A stretch of 51,689 bases of DNA from Octopus bimaculoides. Taxonomy: Eukaryota. The stretch covers positions 26,683,798 through 26,735,486 of the forward strand of contig NC_068987.1 of assembly GCF_001194135.2 (NCBI RefSeq). The letters run 5' to 3'. Positions 48,030-51,689 of the stretch are shown here, piece by piece. A program made the position numbers and the translations under genes. The notes below the pieces were generated by a model. That model saw only the letters and a program-made list of their open reading frames with translations, searched no databases and was not told where the DNA came from. Each line of letters opens with the position of its first letter. Position 1 is the stretch's first letter.

Positions 48030-50192
48030 AACTAGGTGGATAGAGGTATAGTTCTGTTGAGTGGATTGAGCTACAGTGATGAATGCTTTGGAGGAAAAAT
48101 TCTTCGGGAAGCAAAATTAAAAATTAAAAATGTAATATTAAGAACGAGGGTCCTACAAATTAAGCGTCATTGACTTAATATAAATCCATTACAGGCTGAC
48201 ATCATGATCATTTTCATATACTAGCACTAGTAATATTATTACTGGGATCACGTCTACTACACTTACTAGAACGATTTATTAATATTGCAATATATTTTTA
48301 TTATTTCTGTGCACTAAGGCATTATTTTGATGAATGATCTAAATCATTGGCGCATGAATTATTCTGGAAAGGGTTTCACCTTATTCCCCTGAAAATTCTA
48401 TCAGCTCTGCCCACGTGAGAGACTGCACTCACTGCCAGCTGTATCCCTCTGCAAGAAAATGACTTCTCTCCCTGTTGCCACCAGATGTACACCCTGTTAA
48501 TGAACATCAAGTCTTTCGCTTCTCACCCCTTTTTTTTTTCTGTCTAAGCGTAACTTACCTACACAAAATGCAGGTTATGTGGCGCCATTAAAGATTATAA
48601 TCCACTTGTGTCTGTCAACCAAACACATTTGTAATGCGACATCATTAAATGGGATAATCGCGACATGATAACTGTTGCCCGTAGATTAACTCACATTCTA
48701 ATGAATGAACAATAATTAACTATTTGAATACTTAACTACTGACATACCACGAGCGGTATACTCTATTAGGAATTGGTTTCGACGAATATATCATGCTATG
48801 GAAAGCCGATAAAGTGGCGCTAGCATTCTATTTGCACCACGTTGAAGTAGCAGTAGAATAACTCATGCTGCTTTGATGGCAAAATACATAAACTGAACTG
48901 ATTGATTGAAGCCTAAATATGTAATATTTAAATTCTCTCCAGACTGCCTCCGAACATCTGATGAAATACACATGTCGAAGGCCCACGAAATTTTAAGTAA
49001 CATAGTGCTGAGTCAATCTGTCAAAATATCATAAAATATATATATATATATTGTGTGTGTGTATGTGTGTGTATGTGTGTGTATATGTGTATGTATGTGT
49101 GTATGTGTGTGTATGTGTGTGTGTGTGTGTGTGCCTAGTAATGTACATACGGATGCATATTTGTATGTATATAAAACTCAGCCTCGTAAGATAATTATTT
49201 GAAAAGTGCTTTTAGAAATATTTGATCTCATTTCATTAATTTTACTTATTTGTATCCTTCAAGTTATCCTTGGCGGGATGAGTCCGTAGTAATAGACTCA
49301 CTACACGACTAATATTTTATTTGATAGAGTATGTCATTTTTTCCATTGATAGTTACAGCGGGCTGGTGCAGTATGTGCAACTTCTTACAGATGCATACCG
49401 AACAGGATTTCCTGATAAATCTAGATCCTATTCACTGTGGTCCATGCACCAACAAATTAATGCACGACGCTTCAGAAATAATCAAATGTTAAAGCTAATC
49501 CCAGTAGAAATTGAATACAGAACGTAAAGAAATGGAAGAAATATTTGTATTTCTAAAATAATAGGAAATGGAATAAGGTTGACTTCACAAAACTTTTGTT
49601 GATAATTACTACAAATTCGTGTAAAGCCGATGTTCTATTCACTGGATAAAGAGCAACATGGGAGGTTTCTGCTTACGTTGTTTCAAAAGAATGAATACGC
49701 GTTAATTAAGCCTCTATGGATTTAGCCTGTTCTAAATGAACATGATGGTTGACAAAAAATATATTAAAAAAAAAACCGAATTTTAATTATTAGGCAATTT
49801 TAAATAAGAAAGAACACTTAATTTTTGTGATTACAAAACCATTGATGTATTATAAAACTTTCCTTTCGGATATCAATTATAATTTTCCGATTTTTCGCAA
49901 CTGATGAAAGAAATATACGATAGTAGATATGAACGGAATGTTATTGATGAGTATTTGATTAAATAACACAGAAAAAAATATTTACAAAAACAAAAAAAAG
50001 ACTTCTTCCTAGAAGTTCAGCAAATTTCAAGAGTTGGAGAATAAATATGGTAAAAACGCGAATAGAACGTGTTCATAAAAAGAATCAGTAATTTCACGGA
50101 GAACCACCTATCTGTGAATGGAAAATGGGAAATTAGATACATACATACATACACACACACATACACACACGCACAGAAACACACACGCACAG

Positions 50193-50253
<61 letters not shown>

Positions 50254-50710
50254 NNNNNNNNNNNNNNNNNNNNNNNNNNNNNNNNNNNNNNNNNNNNNNN
50301 NNNNNNNNNNNNNNNNNNNNNNNNNNNNNNNNNNNNNNNNNNNNNNNNNNNNNNNNNNNNNNNNNNNNNNNNNNNNNNNNNNNNNNNNNNNNNNNNNNNN
50401 NNNNNNNNNNNNNNNNNNNNNNNNNNNNNNNNNNNNNNNNNNNNNNNNNNNNNNNNNNNNNNNNNNNNNNNNNNNNNNNNNNNNNNNNNNNNNNNNNNNN
50501 NNNNNNNNNNNNNNNNNNNNNNNNNNNNNNNNNNNNNNNGTATGCATATATATGGACATGTATGTATATACGTTCATCTACATGTACATATAGATGCATA
50601 ACTGGGTACATGACGTGGCAAAAGAACAAGGACAAAATGGTAAACACGGTGCAACAAACAAAAAGGCTGTACAGCCAGACGTGAAGTGTGTATGTCTTGA
50701 ACGCTGTATA

Positions 50711-51335
50711 TACAGAGTGCGTTGAATAAACTTTCCTTTAAATTACGCAAAAATGAACATAGCACTGACATATATTGTAACAGATATATTTACCAAAATT
50801 ACATAAAAGGTATCTTAAAATACTAAAGAGTAAATTTATTCAATAAAATTGCTATTGGCTTCAACCACACCCTCCAGACAACTTCGGTATCTCATGTAAC
50901 TCTTCTGGATTGTCTCCTTTATTAAGTTGGGGAATGCTGCCATAATCCTTGCCTTTAGTTCGTCTTTGGCGTTACATGGATTTTTATTGCTCTCTCGCTC
51001 AACTGCGCACCTCACATATTAATCAAGGGGGTTACAGTCTGGGGAGTTACGTGGCCAGATGTTAGGAGTGATGTTGTCACTGAAATTGTCTGACTGGGTT
51101 CTCCTGCTTGTATGGCATGATGCAGAGTCGTGTTGCCAGACGCAGGGACTTCCAGCAGCCACCCACTTGACCCAGGGCGGCACTACCTCCTCTAGGCACT
51201 TGATGTAGGCCTCCGTCGTGTTGAGTTTGAGGTAGTGTGGGAAGATGAGTGGAGGCATAACATAACCATCACTAGTGATCACTCCAATCACCATGATATT
51301 GACTGAATGTTTGATATTTATCACTCTCGGTACAT
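50711..51335 (-). mobile_element. maT/DD37D-like mariner transposon, 3' part with terminus
   Basis: VMPPLIFP..YIKCLEEVVPPWVK..VWQHDSASCHTSRRTQ..IWPRNSPDCNPLD, continuing to ..LEGVVEANSNFIE*. TA|CAGAGTG terminus at 50711. Confidence 0.88.
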
Positions 51336-51689
51336 GCTCTCAGATTGCACTGTCCTCAGATTAAACGCCAAATCACTCTGAAATTTTCGTATTGGATCTT
51401 CTGGCGAGAATGTCAAGCAGTACAGCATGTATTTCCAGAAATTGATGGTTTTCAGGGGATTTTTCAACTCTGAATTTTACGAAAATGCTAGTAACACGTG
51501 TGCCCTATTATAATATTATAACGTAATTATTAAATTTTTGATTTGCCATTTATCGGCTTTTACATGCTGGCCACTTATATTATTATTTGTTATCATTTAT
51601 TTTAGTAATGATAATTTTTAATAATAATAATATCTATACAAATACTGTTTTGAGTATTTATTCATTTATCAATTATATATATATATATA

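Noticed and set aside
48950-49000. CTGATGA..GAAA on the plus strand (also 49901 and 17354 minus)
   Set aside because: No stems I or III, so these are chance core matches.

Overview
AT-rich, microsatellite-dense eukaryotic DNA with 12 assembly gaps (N runs). It is most likely octopus/cephalopod, judged from my recall of octopus tRNA-derived SINE sequences, not from a search. Most of the interpretable sequence is decayed transposable elements: two Penelope-like retroelement (PLE) remnants with RT and GIY-YIG motifs; five fragments of R4/Dong-type RT-REL LINEs, two with 3' ends running into (TAA)n; a CR1-like LINE split by a SINE; about a dozen SINE copies of two types; a near-complete piggyBac; a Tc1; a maT/DD37D-like mariner; and a mariner-derived MITE. 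I could not identify any host gene with confidence. A few non-repetitive stretches look like exons (5406-5611 +, 10275-10371 -, 17697-17778 -, 47177-47526 +, plus a micro-exon cluster at 12.4-16 kb -). The best find is a nearly canonical type I hammerhead ribozyme at 23424-23466 (-), inside a ~250-nt hairpin-rich element set between (TA)n runs. A second, degenerate hammerhead core lies inverted just upstream of the plus-strand PLE. ORFs in the track that span N runs or simple repeats are artefacts.
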